From: Syntrophales bacterium
Lineage (GTDB): Bacteria > Desulfobacterota > Syntrophia > Syntrophales > UBA2210
Direction of reading: 5' to 3'
Length of the DNA: 64,000 bases
Assembly (NCBI GenBank): GCA_963662405.2
Contig: CAXXKT010000001.1
Span: 640,001 to 704,000, forward strand
The stretch's first letter is position 1; every line of letters begins with the position of its first letter. A program made the position numbers and the translations under genes. The notes under the pieces are model-generated. The model had not been told where the DNA came from. It made no database searches and saw nothing but the letters and a program-made list of their open reading frames with translations. Positions 10,346-21,171 of the stretch are shown here, piece by piece.

Positions 10346-10556
10346 CCTCTCACCTCGATTCATCGCTTGGCAGGCAAATTCGCTTTGGTGCGATAATATA
10401 GAAGGGGTTCTCAGGCAGATTTGCCTTGCCCTCGTATCGGCAAGTTTGTTACTACCTTTTAGCAGTCAAATGCATCGTATGTCAACGTTAGGAAGTACCA
10501 TCAAAAACAATTGCTTATTCATGAAAGCGCGATGCATGAAACACAGGGAACGATCC

Positions 10557-12410
10557 ATGGGCGAACTGTCATCGAGTTTCGATATACTGAAAGAAAAATT
10601 CCCGCGGTATGAGGACCGCCCCCAGCAGCGGGAAATGGCCGAAGTGGTCCTGGATACCCTCCTGGAGCGCAAGACCCTCCTGGTCGAGGCGGGGACGGGG
10701 GTCGGAAAGTCCTTCGCTTATCTGATCCCCGCAATCCTCTCGCGCGAGAAGACCACCATCTCCACCTCCTCCCTGGCCCTTCAGGACCAACTTGTCAAGA
10801 AGGATCTCGTTTTTCTCAAGAAGGCCCTCCCTCTCGATTTTTCTTTCGGCGTCCTCAAGGGAAAAAACAACTATGTCTGCCTCAGGCGGGAGCGGGAGTA
10901 TGCGGGGGACGGCAAATCCTATATCCGCTTCCGGAAGTGGCTGTCGGAGACAAAGACGGGGGAGCGAAGCAATATACCCTTCACGCCGCGCTTCTGGGGC
11001 GAGGTCTGCGGCGATTCGCAGGACTGTGGGGGACGCACCTGTCCCTTCTACGGCCGCTGTTTTTACTACCACCACTATCGGCGGCTCCACGCCGTTGACA
11101 TCCTCGTCGTCAACCACCACCTCTTGCTCTACGATCTCCTCTCAGAGTTCAGCCTCTTCCCTTTTCACCGGCAGTTGATCATGGATGAGGCACCCGACAT
11201 AGAGGATGTCATATCGACGGTCCTCGGGAGCACCATGACCTACGCGCGGACGGCGTGGCTCCTCCACCGGTTGCGGGGGCTCAAGATAGTCGTCGAGCAT
11301 CTTTTTCCACGAGTGGAATCCTTCTTCAAGAAGGGCACTGTTCCCCCTTCCCCCGTCTGTCCCATCCCCCGGTCGATCATAGAAGCGCTGAAAAAACTGC
11401 GCGCGGATCTGACGCTGGAGACAACGGTCACGACCCTCGAGAAACGCAAGCAGTCCACCGAGGATGAGGAACTGCGTGATCGGATCGAGACGACCATCGC
11501 GTATATCGGATCATTTGCGGCGGATATGGACGACTTCATTGACCAGGGGAACGACGAGAAGGTCTATTATGCCGAGGGGACGGGGGGCAGCCTGGAGCTG
11601 AAGAGCAGTCTCGTGGAGGCGGGAAATGCCTTTGAAGAACTGTTGCGCGGGTATAGAGGCGTCGTCATGACCTCAGCCACCCTGGCCGCCGGGGGGACCT
11701 TTACCTTTCTGAAGCGGCGGTTGAGGATTGAGGACTGCGAGGAGCGCATTATCGGCTCTCCCTTCGACTACCCGCAACAGGCCCTCATCTATATCGACAG
11801 GGATCTTCCAAAACCCGACAATGGCGGGGACGGTCTGTTTCAGGAGGAAAGTCTCACGGTGATCGAACGGTTGATCGGGGCATCCCGGGGAAGGGCGCTG
11901 GTCCTCTTCACCTCGTACCGCCATCTCGCCTTCGTCGCTGAGCGCATAACAACCCCCTACCCTTTAAAGAAACAGGGGGAGATGCCGCCGGCAAAGCTGA
12001 TCTCCTGGTTCCGAGAAACGCCGGGATCGGTCCTCCTCGCGACGGCCACCTTCTGGCAAGGAATCGACATCAAGGGAGATGATCTCAGCCTGGTCATCAT
12101 CGTCAGACTCCCCTTCGCCTCGCCGGGGGACCCGGTATACCAGGAGCGGTGCAACCGGCTGAGAAATAGGTGGTTTTACGATCTGGCTCTCCCCCACGCC
12201 ACCCTCTTGCTGCGGCAGGGGTTCGGCCGGTTGATCAGGGGAAGCGACGAACACGGGGTGGTTGCGATCCTGGATACACGGCTTGTAAAAAACTCCTACG
12301 GTCGTTATATCGTCTCGTCACTGCCGCCCGCCCGGATCACCCACGCGATCGGAGATGTGGAGACTTTTTTCGCCGGGGCGGAGTCACAATCAGATACCGA
12401 CGCGGGGTGA
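10557..12410 (+). CDS. dinG: ATP-dependent DNA helicase, DinG/YoaA family (Fe-S)
   Basis: Q motif RPQQ, EAGTGVGKS, Cys cluster, TSATL, FWQGIDIKG, QGFGRLIR. The start is uncertain. Confidence 0.9.
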   Translation: MGELSSSFDILKEKFPRYEDRPQQREMAEVVLDTLLERKTLLVEAGTGVGKSFAYLIPAILSREKTTISTSSLALQDQLVKKDLVFLKKALPLDFSFGVLKGKNNYVCLRREREYAGDGKSYIRFRKWLSETKTGERSNIPFTPRFWGEVCGDSQDCGGRTCPFYGRCFYYHHYRRLHAVDILVVNHHLLLYDLLSEFSLFPFHRQLIMDEAPDIEDVISTVLGSTMTYARTAWLLHRLRGLKIVVEHLFPRVESFFKKGTVPPSPVCPIPRSIIEALKKLRADLTLETTVTTLEKRKQSTEDEELRDRIETTIAYIGSFAADMDDFIDQGNDEKVYYAEGTGGSLELKSSLVEAGNAFEELLRGYRGVVMTSATLAAGGTFTFLKRRLRIEDCEERIIGSPFDYPQQALIYIDRDLPKPDNGGDGLFQEESLTVIERLIGASRGRALVLFTSYRHLAFVAERITTPYPLKKQGEMPPAKLISWFRETPGSVLLATATFWQGIDIKGDDLSLVIIVRLPFASPGDPVYQERCNRLRNRWFYDLALPHATLLLRQGFGRLIRGSDEHGVVAILDTRLVKNSYGRYIVSSLPPARITHAIGDVETFFAGAESQSDTDAG

Positions 12411-12447
12411 ACCGCGTACAGCATACCAGCATGAAAGGGGGAACACG

Positions 12448-13695
12448 ATGTTTGATTACCTGCTGACGGAAGAACAGCTCAAGATTCGAGATGAGGCGCG
12501 CGACCTGGTCAAGTGGGTCCCCCGCCGGATGATTCTCGACATGGACAAGGACGCGATCAAGTTTCCGAAGGAGTTTCTCCGGGAGGCCGGACGGAGAAAC
12601 CTCCTGGGGTGCCGCTACCCGAAGGAATGGGGCGGCAGGGGAATGGACTGGGTGACGACCTGTACCATACTGGAGGAGATCGGGACCTTGGGGTATGAGT
12701 TTGCCTGCGTCTTCGGCGTGGGGGCGGAGCTGGTGTGCGACGCCATCGTCCAGCACGGGACCGACGAGCAGAAGGAAAAGTACGTCAAACCCCTCCTCAG
12801 GGGGGAGCTTTTCGCCGCCGAGTGCCTGACCGAACCGCGGGGCGGCTCCGATTTTTTCGGGGCCACCACCATCGCCGAGGATAAGGGGGATCACTTCCTC
12901 GTGAACGGCCAGAAGCGGTTCATCGTCGGCGGAGAGGGGGCGGACTTCTTCCTCCTGTACGCGAAGACCGATCAGAACGCCGCCACCCCGCAGCAGGCCC
13001 TCTCGGCCCTGATCGTGGACCGGGGGCCGGGAGTGGAAACTACGTACCAGTACGGCCTCATGGGCTGCCGGGGGGGCGGGACCGCGCGCCTCGTCTTCAG
13101 GGACGTCAAGGTGCCGAAGGAGAACGTGGTCGGGAAGATCCACGGGGCCTATGATGTCTTCAACACGATGATGATCCCCGAGCGGCTGGGGACCGCGGTG
13201 ATGACCATCGGGGCGGCCCGCCCCGCCGTCGATATCGCCACCAACTACACCTCGCGCCGGAAGGCCTTCGGGCAGGTCATCGCCCAGTTCGAGGGGGTCA
13301 GCTTTCAGGTGGCCGAGGCGGTCATGCTCCTCGACGCGGCCCGGGCGATGGGGTACGCCACGGCACGTGCCGTGGATGCGGGGATCGGCACGCACCGGAT
13401 CCGCCGGATGGTGTCCGAATCGAAGAAGTTCATCACGGAGTCGTGCCAGAAGGCCGTCCACAACGCGATGCAGGTCGTCGGGGGGATCGGTTACACCAAC
13501 ATTTTCCCCATCGAACGTATCTTCCGCGACGTACGCCTCGCCTCCATATGGACCGGGACCAGCGAGGTGATGTCGATGATCGTTGCACACGAATGGTACC
13601 GGGAATTCCTGATGGAGAAGAAGGGACACCTCGCGCGCGACTTCGAGGCCGACGCAGAGGAGGCGAATGCCGTCGATGAAAAAATATACGAGTGA
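12448..13695 (+). CDS. Acyl-CoA dehydrogenase family protein
   Basis: LTEPRGGSD, NGQKRFI, RKAFGQ and QVVGGIGY...ERIFRD motifs. Confidence 0.93.
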   Translation: MFDYLLTEEQLKIRDEARDLVKWVPRRMILDMDKDAIKFPKEFLREAGRRNLLGCRYPKEWGGRGMDWVTTCTILEEIGTLGYEFACVFGVGAELVCDAIVQHGTDEQKEKYVKPLLRGELFAAECLTEPRGGSDFFGATTIAEDKGDHFLVNGQKRFIVGGEGADFFLLYAKTDQNAATPQQALSALIVDRGPGVETTYQYGLMGCRGGGTARLVFRDVKVPKENVVGKIHGAYDVFNTMMIPERLGTAVMTIGAARPAVDIATNYTSRRKAFGQVIAQFEGVSFQVAEAVMLLDAARAMGYATARAVDAGIGTHRIRRMVSESKKFITESCQKAVHNAMQVVGGIGYTNIFPIERIFRDVRLASIWTGTSEVMSMIVAHEWYREFLMEKKGHLARDFEADAEEANAVDEKIYE

Positions 13696-13806
13696 CGGGC
13701 CAATCAGGTGGCATCACTTCGACCGAAGGGAGCTCTCATCCGCGTTAGGGTGAAAGCTTAGATTTATCAGTCGCCGGCAGTCCGTCGGGATACCCACGCG
13801 GCAACC

Positions 13807-14985
13807 CTACCTGACCAGCGCAGCGATGACCTCGATATGCTGCGTCTGAGGAAACATGTCGACCGGTTGGAGCGCCTCGAGGGAAAACCCTGTGTCGATG
13901 AGACGCCGGACATCGCGCGCCTGGGTGGCCGGGTTGCACGACACATAGACGACCCTATCCGGCCGGAGGCGATCGATAGCCGCGAGGGTTTCAGGGGTGC
14001 ACCCGGTCCGCGGCGGGTCGATGAGGACGGTATCGAATCTCATTCTCTCGCCTGCCAGCCTGGCCAGGGCCACATCCAGATCTCCCCGGCTGAAGTGTGT
14101 GTTGGTGATCCGATGCTTATCGGCATTGTTCTTCGCACATCGAACGGCAGCGCCGCTTATCTCCACCCCGATCACCTCCCGAACATGGGAGGCCATAAAG
14201 AGAGAGAAAAGACCCGAACCGCAGCAGGCATCCAAGATCCGGTCGGCCCCCTTTGGTACGCACATCTCGACGGCGCGCTCAACCAAGATCTCCGTGAGAG
14301 ACAGATTCCCTTGAAAAAATCCCCCGGAGGGGACAGTCAGTTCCATCTCTCCGATCCGTCTCGTAATGGTCTTCCCCGGGGGATAGGAGGTTCCGGACCA
14401 AGTGATGTACCGCGTACGGTGCGTGGGGGTCTTCCCGGCGACAAGTCGCTGCCGGAGACGGATGAGTTCGGTGTTGATCGATTCATCAACAATCGCACAT
14501 CGGTCGATATCGACAACCGTTCCCCCTGATCTGTCCATGAAACCCAGATGAAAGCCTCCGCCGGGGGCGGGAACACCGTGGAATTCTGCCTTTCCCCGAT
14601 AGCCGAAGGGGCGGGGCGAGGGGATGATGGCCTTCACCGGAGGGGCAGCAATCTTTCCGATCCGCTCGAAGGTCTCCGTCACCTGCCGCTCCTTGATCCG
14701 AAGCTGAACTTCGTACGGCAGGTGTTGGTACTGGCACCCCCCGCAGAGGGAAAAGTAGAGACAGATCGGCTCAACCCGATCGGGAGAAGCACACATGATC
14801 CGGACAGGCTCTCCCGTGCGGTAGTTCTTCTTGGCCTTCACGATCTCCACTTCGACGACATCGCCGGGAGCGGTGAAGGGAACGAAGACAACCAGGGGAC
14901 CGACACGGCCGACGCCATCCCCCCCGAAGGCGATCGTGTCGACAACGACCTCTATAATCTCTCCCGCGCTCAGTCTTTGTTCCAT
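13807..14985 (-). CDS. rlmD: 23S rRNA m5U1939 methyltransferase RlmD/TrmA family
   Basis: TRAM domain, CxxFxxCGGC, FFQxN, DPPRxG, YVSCNPAT, DMFPQT. Confidence 0.88.
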   Translation of the reverse strand: MEQRLSAGEIIEVVVDTIAFGGDGVGRVGPLVVFVPFTAPGDVVEVEIVKAKKNYRTGEPVRIMCASPDRVEPICLYFSLCGGCQYQHLPYEVQLRIKERQVTETFERIGKIAAPPVKAIIPSPRPFGYRGKAEFHGVPAPGGGFHLGFMDRSGGTVVDIDRCAIVDESINTELIRLRQRLVAGKTPTHRTRYITWSGTSYPPGKTITRRIGEMELTVPSGGFFQGNLSLTEILVERAVEMCVPKGADRILDACCGSGLFSLFMASHVREVIGVEISGAAVRCAKNNADKHRITNTHFSRGDLDVALARLAGERMRFDTVLIDPPRTGCTPETLAAIDRLRPDRVVYVSCNPATQARDVRRLIDTGFSLEALQPVDMFPQTQHIEVIAALVR

Positions 14986-15110
14986 AATGGCCCCCTTATA
15001 CCCCGCCGGGGGCGACCGGACAAGAAGAAAAGGTCCGGGATTTTCCTTTACAATCAGGGGGAATACTGATATTCCGTTCCCTCGGTTTTTGTGTGCCGAC
15101 AGACATGCCA

Positions 15111-16271
15111 ATGGATAACAATAACATACACCGTATTCAAAAAGACGACCGGGAAATCATCCTTATCGGGACGGCGCACGTCTCGCGGGACAGCGCCGAA
15201 CTGGTAGAGAAGGTCATTGAGGAGGAGCGCCCCGACACCGTCTGTGTCGAGCTGTGCCAGTCCCGGTATGACGCAATCATGCGAAAAACCGCCTGGGAAG
15301 AGATGGATATCCTGAAGATCATCCGCCAGAAGCGGACATCCCTTCTGTTATCGCAGCTCATCATGGCGTCGTTTCAAAAAAAGCTTGCGGAGAGATTCAA
15401 GATCAACCCCGGCGAAGAGATGCTCCGCGCGATCGGTAAGGCCGATCAGATCGGAGCACGAATTGTCCTGGCCGACCGCGACATCCGCACCACCCTGAAG
15501 AGGACATGGCGCAACATGCGCTTTTTCAGAAAGCTGCGGTTCATCTTCGAGCTGATCTCCTCCCTCTTTATCGATGAAGAGATCAGTGAAGAGGAGATCG
15601 AGAAGTTGAAGGAGCACGATGCCCTGGAGCTTGCCCTCCAGACCTTCGGGAAAGAACTCCCGGAGATCAAGGCCACGCTGATCGACGAACGGGACCGCTT
15701 CCTGGCCTGCTCCATCGGGGATGCACCGGGCGGCAAGATCGTTGCCGTCGTGGGGGCTGGGCACGTCCCGGGGATATTGGAAAATTTCGACAAGGAAACA
15801 GATCTTGCGACCCTCAATGAGGTGCCGCCCAAGGGCGTGGCGGGTCGGTTCATCGGGTGGGGAATCTCCGCCGCCGTCATCGGAATCATCGTCGCCGGCT
15901 TTTTCCACTCGGGGAGCGAGGCGAGTCTCAATATGATCAAGTGGTGGGTGCTGGTCAACGGCATTCTGGCGGGGTTAGGGGCACTCACGGTCCTGGCCCA
16001 CCCCCTGACGATCCTCGCCTCCATTGTGGCCGCCCCCTTGACTTCGATCAACCCCATGATAGCGGCCGGGTGGGTCGCGGGCCTTACGGAGGCGGCACTG
16101 AAAAGGCCTCAGGTGAAGGATTTCATGGATCTCAAGACGGATATTGCCTCGGTCAGAGGATTCTGGCACAATAAGATCACCCGCATCCTGCTCCTGATCA
16201 TGTTTGTCAATATCGGGAGCGCCATCGGGACCTTTCTTGCCATCCCGCTGATGATGCGGTTCCTGAGCTAG
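15111..16271 (+). CDS. TraB/GumN (PrgY-like) family membrane protein
   Basis: IGTAHVS, PDTVCVEL, LIDERD, VVGAGHVPG and C-terminal TM helices. Confidence 0.9.
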   Translation: MDNNNIHRIQKDDREIILIGTAHVSRDSAELVEKVIEEERPDTVCVELCQSRYDAIMRKTAWEEMDILKIIRQKRTSLLLSQLIMASFQKKLAERFKINPGEEMLRAIGKADQIGARIVLADRDIRTTLKRTWRNMRFFRKLRFIFELISSLFIDEEISEEEIEKLKEHDALELALQTFGKELPEIKATLIDERDRFLACSIGDAPGGKIVAVVGAGHVPGILENFDKETDLATLNEVPPKGVAGRFIGWGISAAVIGIIVAGFFHSGSEASLNMIKWWVLVNGILAGLGALTVLAHPLTILASIVAAPLTSINPMIAAGWVAGLTEAALKRPQVKDFMDLKTDIASVRGFWHNKITRILLLIMFVNIGSAIGTFLAIPLMMRFLS

Positions 16272-16285
16272 ACGGAAGGGCTGCC

Positions 16286-17128
16286 ATGGACCGTCCGGAA
16301 AAACAATCGATCCTCTGCCCCAACTGCCGGAGGCTGATCAACCGAGATGAACGGGTCTGCCCCTATTGCGGGATTTCTCGGCCCGGTTCGGGGTGGAAAC
16401 TGGCACTTCCCACGAATCTCCTGAGTTCACCGTACGATCTGATCAGATATATCATCTATGTAAACGCGGCCTTTTATGTCTTGGCCCTCCTGCTCAACCC
16501 GCGGGGGCTCGGGCTGTCCGCAAATCCCCTCGCCTTCCTGGCACCCTCCAATCACAGTCTCCTCCTCCTGGGGGCAACGGGAACCATCCCCATAGACAGG
16601 CTCCACGGCTGGTGGACACTCCTGTCGGCCTCGTACCTCCACGGCGGACTGCTTCACATCATCTTCAACATGCTGGCCATGAGGCAGTTGGGGGTCTTTG
16701 TCCTGAACGAGTACGGCCTCTACCGTTTCTTCATCATATACACACTGACCGGGATCGCGGGATTTTACCTCTCCTATCTCGCCGGCATTCCCCTGACCAT
16801 CGGGGCCTCCGCCAGCGTCTGCGGTCTGATCGGGGCAACGCTCTACTACGGAAAGAGCCGGGGGGGAATATACGGGGAGACCATTTATCGGCAGGTTATG
16901 GGGTGGGTCGTCGGACTCGTCCTGTTCGGCTTCATGATCCCGGGCATCAACAACTGGGCGCACGGGGGGGGGATTCTTTCGGGGATCCTCCTGGGATTAG
17001 CGATGGGATACCGGGAGAAGCGTCAGGAGAATCTCCTTCACCGGACACTCGCGATAGCCTGCATGGTGGTAACTGCGGGGGTCCTCGTCTGGGCCGTCCT
17101 GCAGGCCGTCTATTACTCTTTTATGTAG
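16286..17128 (+). CDS. Rhomboid family intramembrane serine protease with N-terminal Zn ribbon
   Basis: CPNC..CPYC, HIIFNM, GASA and NWAHGGG motifs. Confidence 0.92.
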   Translation: MDRPEKQSILCPNCRRLINRDERVCPYCGISRPGSGWKLALPTNLLSSPYDLIRYIIYVNAAFYVLALLLNPRGLGLSANPLAFLAPSNHSLLLLGATGTIPIDRLHGWWTLLSASYLHGGLLHIIFNMLAMRQLGVFVLNEYGLYRFFIIYTLTGIAGFYLSYLAGIPLTIGASASVCGLIGATLYYGKSRGGIYGETIYRQVMGWVVGLVLFGFMIPGINNWAHGGGILSGILLGLAMGYREKRQENLLHRTLAIACMVVTAGVLVWAVLQAVYYSFM

Positions 17129-17130
17129 CA

Positions 17131-18609
17131 ATGGCTGAAAGAGGGAGAAAACCATTGAAGGTCATCCTGGCAGGCCATAACGTCGATTATGAGGTGATCA
17201 AAGAGTGTCGCACAGACTCGGAGGGAGAAGATCGCCTTACCCCCGAGATCTTGTGCGCCGCGTACGCGCGGATCAGTCGAAATCCCCTCCCCGTCGACGG
17301 ACTCAGGGCTATCGCCCGGGGGGAGGTTGAAAAGGCGCGAAAATCCAACCAGGCGATCGTCTTCGGGATGGGACACAGTTCCATTGCCGAACATGCCGTC
17401 TTCAACGTCGATATCCTGGGCGTCTCGCGCCTCGCCGTGGAGGAGATTGAAAAATTTCGTCTCTGCTCCTACACGGAAAAATCCCAGCGTTACATCCGCC
17501 TGGAGGATGATTTCGTCATCCCTCCCGAGGTACGGGACGGGGGACTGGAAAGTCTCTTCGTCGATACGATCAGGGAGCAGAATGCCCTGTACCACGAGCT
17601 GTACGCCGCACTGAGAGAACATCTCTTCGAAAAATACCGGGACATGCTGGTCGATCCGTCGAACCGTCCGATGGTGGACGGGTGGGCAAAGGAAGATGCC
17701 CGGTACATCGTCTCTTTGGCAACGCACGCCCAGCTGGGCATGACCCTGAATGCGCGGAACCTCGAACTGATGCTCAGGCGCTCGGCGGCGCATCCTCTGC
17801 GGGAAGTCAACGAATACGGGACACGGCTCTACGAGGAGACCGGCGGGATCGCCCCCTCGCTGGTCCGGTATACTGCGGCGACGCCTTTCGACCGCGACAC
17901 ACGAGAAGACCTGAGAAAACTGGCCGTTTCCCTGGCAACGATTGACACTCCGGGAACGAATGACGCCATGGGGAGGGAGGGAAACGTGGTCCTCTTGCAC
18001 GCCACGCCGGAGGGCGACGAAACGATCATCGCTGCTTTGCTGCACGCATCATCCGATCTTTCCCTGGAGACCTGCGTGAAGGCCTCTCGCGCAATGAGCA
18101 GCGAGGAGAAGAAAGCGGTAATCCAAACCGCCTGTCGCCGGATGCAGGCGTACGACCCACCGCTCAGGGAATTTGAACATGCCGGTTTTCTCTTCGAGGC
18201 GATCGTCAGCGCCTCTTGCTTCGCGCAGTTGAAACGGCACCGGATGGCCACCATCACCTGTCAGGAGTATACCCCCGCGCTGGGCGTCACAATCCCGCCC
18301 TCGATATCAGAAATCGGAATGGCAAGCCGCTTCAGGGAGGTGACCTCCCTGACGGAGGAGACATACCACCGAATCAGAGAGATATTCCCTCCCGCTGCCC
18401 CGTACATCCTGACGAACGCACACCGGAAACGGGTGGCGCTCCGGGTCAATGTGAGGGAGCTGTACCATATCGCGCGCCTGCGCGAGGATAAGCACGCGCA
18501 GTGGGATATCAGAGAAACGGCTGAACGGATGGTGCGGCTGGGAAAAGACGCGATGCCGCTGGCGCTGATGCTGGCCGCGGGGAAGGATGCCTTTGTCCCA
18601 ATTTCCTAG
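17131..18609 (+). CDS. thyX: FAD-dependent thymidylate synthase ThyX (duplicated-domain form)
   Basis: GHSSIAEH, EKSQRY, EDARY and a second domain with QLKRHR and HAQWDIR. The true start is ATG 17131. Confidence 0.88.
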   Translation: MAERGRKPLKVILAGHNVDYEVIKECRTDSEGEDRLTPEILCAAYARISRNPLPVDGLRAIARGEVEKARKSNQAIVFGMGHSSIAEHAVFNVDILGVSRLAVEEIEKFRLCSYTEKSQRYIRLEDDFVIPPEVRDGGLESLFVDTIREQNALYHELYAALREHLFEKYRDMLVDPSNRPMVDGWAKEDARYIVSLATHAQLGMTLNARNLELMLRRSAAHPLREVNEYGTRLYEETGGIAPSLVRYTAATPFDRDTREDLRKLAVSLATIDTPGTNDAMGREGNVVLLHATPEGDETIIAALLHASSDLSLETCVKASRAMSSEEKKAVIQTACRRMQAYDPPLREFEHAGFLFEAIVSASCFAQLKRHRMATITCQEYTPALGVTIPPSISEIGMASRFREVTSLTEETYHRIREIFPPAAPYILTNAHRKRVALRVNVRELYHIARLREDKHAQWDIRETAERMVRLGKDAMPLALMLAAGKDAFVPIS

Positions 18610-18631
18610 ACAGCAAAGATCTTTCCTCCCT

Positions 18632-21151
18632 TTATAGGGACCTGAACATCAAAACAAAGGCTGTCCCCCTCGGCTGATTGTCTTGTGCATAGACATATCC
18701 GCCGTACTTCTCCATGGCCTTTTTGACGATGTGGAGTCCCAGACCGGTGTGTCCCGTCTCTCCATCCACAAACCCCTCCTCGAAGATAGCCTCCTTGATA
18801 TCATTCACAATGCCGGACCCGTTGTCGGCAATACGCACCTCACACATATCGTCCTGTCTCTCGATGGCAACCTCGATCGTATCGGCCTTCCCATGAATAA
18901 CGGCATTCCGCGTGATATTGTCGATAACGGAGATAAGGGCATCGTCGGCCATGACATGGGCTTTCCCATTGATTTTTATGTTGATAAAGGGATAGCTTTT
19001 TGCAATTTCTTTTACGATTTCATGTATCTTATACGCCTTGAGGTCCTTGTGCACCGACATAAAAAACTCCAGGCCCCTCATCTTATCGATCAAAGCCAAG
19101 CTTTTTCGAACACGTTCCTCCGTCTCTTCCAGAATTTCCTCTTCATGAGAGAGCTTGTATAAATTCAGGCCACCCCGTATGACCAGGAGATCATTCGTCA
19201 GGTCGTGACGCAGTATCTGGTTGATCAGGGCAAGGTGTTCACGGTGTGTTTTTATTTCCTCTTCGGCCTGCCGGCGGGCGGTCACATCTCGCGATACACC
19301 GCGAAATCCGACCGGGTTTCCTTCAGCATCTCTCATCAGTGAAACGTTCAGCTCATGGATCCCTCGGTTCCCGTCACCTTTCACTACCTCGAATTCCTCC
19401 ACCTCCGTTGACTGCCCCGTGCGGTATATCTCACGGAAGATCTCTCGTGCCCGCTCCGCGGTTTGAGGGGTGGCAAAATCGAGGGCGTGTCGCCCCATCG
19501 CCTTCTCACCGGGAATTTTCGTAATCCTGCCAAGGGCATCGTTGGAGAAGATATACCGCCCTTCAAGGTCAATCTCCCAATAGCCTTCCTCCATCTCCTC
19601 GAGAATGCTCCGGTACCGCTCCTCGCTCCGACGGAGTGCCCGTTCTGCCTCTTTGAGTGAGGTGATAGGGGTGGCTACGATCAGAAAACAACTTTCCCCG
19701 TGGAACCGAAGCATCCGGGCCGACACCAGGTCGTCCAGAACGGTCCCGTCTTTCACCCGGAAGGAAATCTCGAGCCCGTCTACCCGGCCCTCCTGTACCA
19801 GAATTTCAAAAAGCCCCTTCCGGTCCGCCGGATCGGCATATAATTTCAGCGCGGCGGAGGTCCGCCCGATGATCTCTTCGGCGGTGTATCCCGTCTGACG
19901 GCAGAAGGCGTCATTGACCTGCAGGTACCGGGCGTCCTTTCTCCTGACAATCGCGATCGCGTCGGGTGACAGTTCGAGAATATTCCGATAGTTCTCCTCA
20001 CTCTCCCGCAGAGCGGCTTCCATCATACGGCGCTCAGTGACATCGTGGGCAATGCCACGGAACCCGTTCGAACGCCCCGTATCGTCTTTCATGAGAGAGA
20101 CCGTTATCTGGAATACCCCCACGCTGCCATCCCTCCTGGCAATCTGATAATCTCCTACACCTGAAGGGTTTCCCGTCCGGGAGACATCTTCAAAGATCCG
20201 GCACATCTGTTCCCGCGTTTCGGAATCGGCATAGCGGCTGAGATTCACACCGCTCAGAAGTTCGTCCCGCTTCGCGTCCGCCATCCTGCACACCGCACTA
20301 TTCACGAAGGTCAGTTTCCCGGTCAGGTCGGTCTCCCAGTAACCGACCTCCAGCCCCTCAAGGACGGTTCGCAATTTTGATTCCTCTTCCTCCTCTTTCG
20401 CCCCGGCGATCCCGGCCGCCCGGCGCGCCGCACAGAAAAGAGAACCCTTCCCCCGGTACGTAAGTTTGTGTAGGCTGACCGCCACCGGAATCGTCCGCCC
20501 GTCAGCCGCTCGCAGCCCCAGGGGAAATCCCCGTTTCTCCTCACTGTCGCGCAGGCTGAGAATCGTAGCGACGTCCTCCTGCGACAGAATGAGAGACAGA
20601 TTCATCCCCAGGAGATCTTTCCTTCTGTATCCGAGGGTCAAGCAGCACGCCTCGTTGACCTCCATGATTGTGCCGGTAAAATTCGTTATGAACACATTAT
20701 CAGAGATGCTGTCGGAGATACGGGAGACGAATTCATCGGATGCGCAGCATCCCTGCAGCAACTTCCACAGGCGCAGGGTTCGCTCCACGGCGTGATACAG
20801 GTCCGCGAATGACCCGGAATCGATGACAAAATCGATCGCTCCCGCTCGGAGCGCCTCTTCCGCCGCCCGCTCGTCGCCAGGATCGGCCGTGATCAGAATG
20901 GGAAATGGATCGGTCTCCGGCGGTAATACCAGGCTGTCGGCGGCCTCTCCATCGGGAAGATGGAGGCCGACGAGGGCGACGTCAGGGGTTCGAACGCTCA
21001 CGATTGTGTGGTAGTCCCGGAGCGTATGCACCACATCAATCTCCCCATTCCACCCGGAGGTCAGAAGCACACGACACATAGCCTCCGCACGGGCCGGGTC
21101 TCCTTCAATAATGACAATATGTGGGCATTTCGATTCCATCGACTTTTCCAT
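18632..21151 (-). CDS. Receiver-like + multi-PAS sensor histidine kinase
   Basis: N-terminal REC-like domain, about 4 PAS/PAC repeats, H-box ILRHDLTNDL, DNGSG and TGLGL boxes. Confidence 0.9.
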   Translation of the reverse strand: MEKSMESKCPHIVIIEGDPARAEAMCRVLLTSGWNGEIDVVHTLRDYHTIVSVRTPDVALVGLHLPDGEAADSLVLPPETDPFPILITADPGDERAAEEALRAGAIDFVIDSGSFADLYHAVERTLRLWKLLQGCCASDEFVSRISDSISDNVFITNFTGTIMEVNEACCLTLGYRRKDLLGMNLSLILSQEDVATILSLRDSEEKRGFPLGLRAADGRTIPVAVSLHKLTYRGKGSLFCAARRAAGIAGAKEEEEESKLRTVLEGLEVGYWETDLTGKLTFVNSAVCRMADAKRDELLSGVNLSRYADSETREQMCRIFEDVSRTGNPSGVGDYQIARRDGSVGVFQITVSLMKDDTGRSNGFRGIAHDVTERRMMEAALRESEENYRNILELSPDAIAIVRRKDARYLQVNDAFCRQTGYTAEEIIGRTSAALKLYADPADRKGLFEILVQEGRVDGLEISFRVKDGTVLDDLVSARMLRFHGESCFLIVATPITSLKEAERALRRSEERYRSILEEMEEGYWEIDLEGRYIFSNDALGRITKIPGEKAMGRHALDFATPQTAERAREIFREIYRTGQSTEVEEFEVVKGDGNRGIHELNVSLMRDAEGNPVGFRGVSRDVTARRQAEEEIKTHREHLALINQILRHDLTNDLLVIRGGLNLYKLSHEEEILEETEERVRKSLALIDKMRGLEFFMSVHKDLKAYKIHEIVKEIAKSYPFINIKINGKAHVMADDALISVIDNITRNAVIHGKADTIEVAIERQDDMCEVRIADNGSGIVNDIKEAIFEEGFVDGETGHTGLGLHIVKKAMEKYGGYVYAQDNQPRGTAFVLMFRSL

Positions 21152-21171
21152 GTGGGCAATTACGACGCTGA

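Noticed and set aside
12337..13629. 430-aa antisense ORF
   Set aside because: It is a shadow of the acyl-CoA dehydrogenase on the + strand.
16366..17130. 255-aa N-terminal extension of the 747-aa ThyX ORF
   Set aside because: It overlaps the rhomboid gene in another frame. ThyX homology starts at ATG 17131, just after the rhomboid stop.
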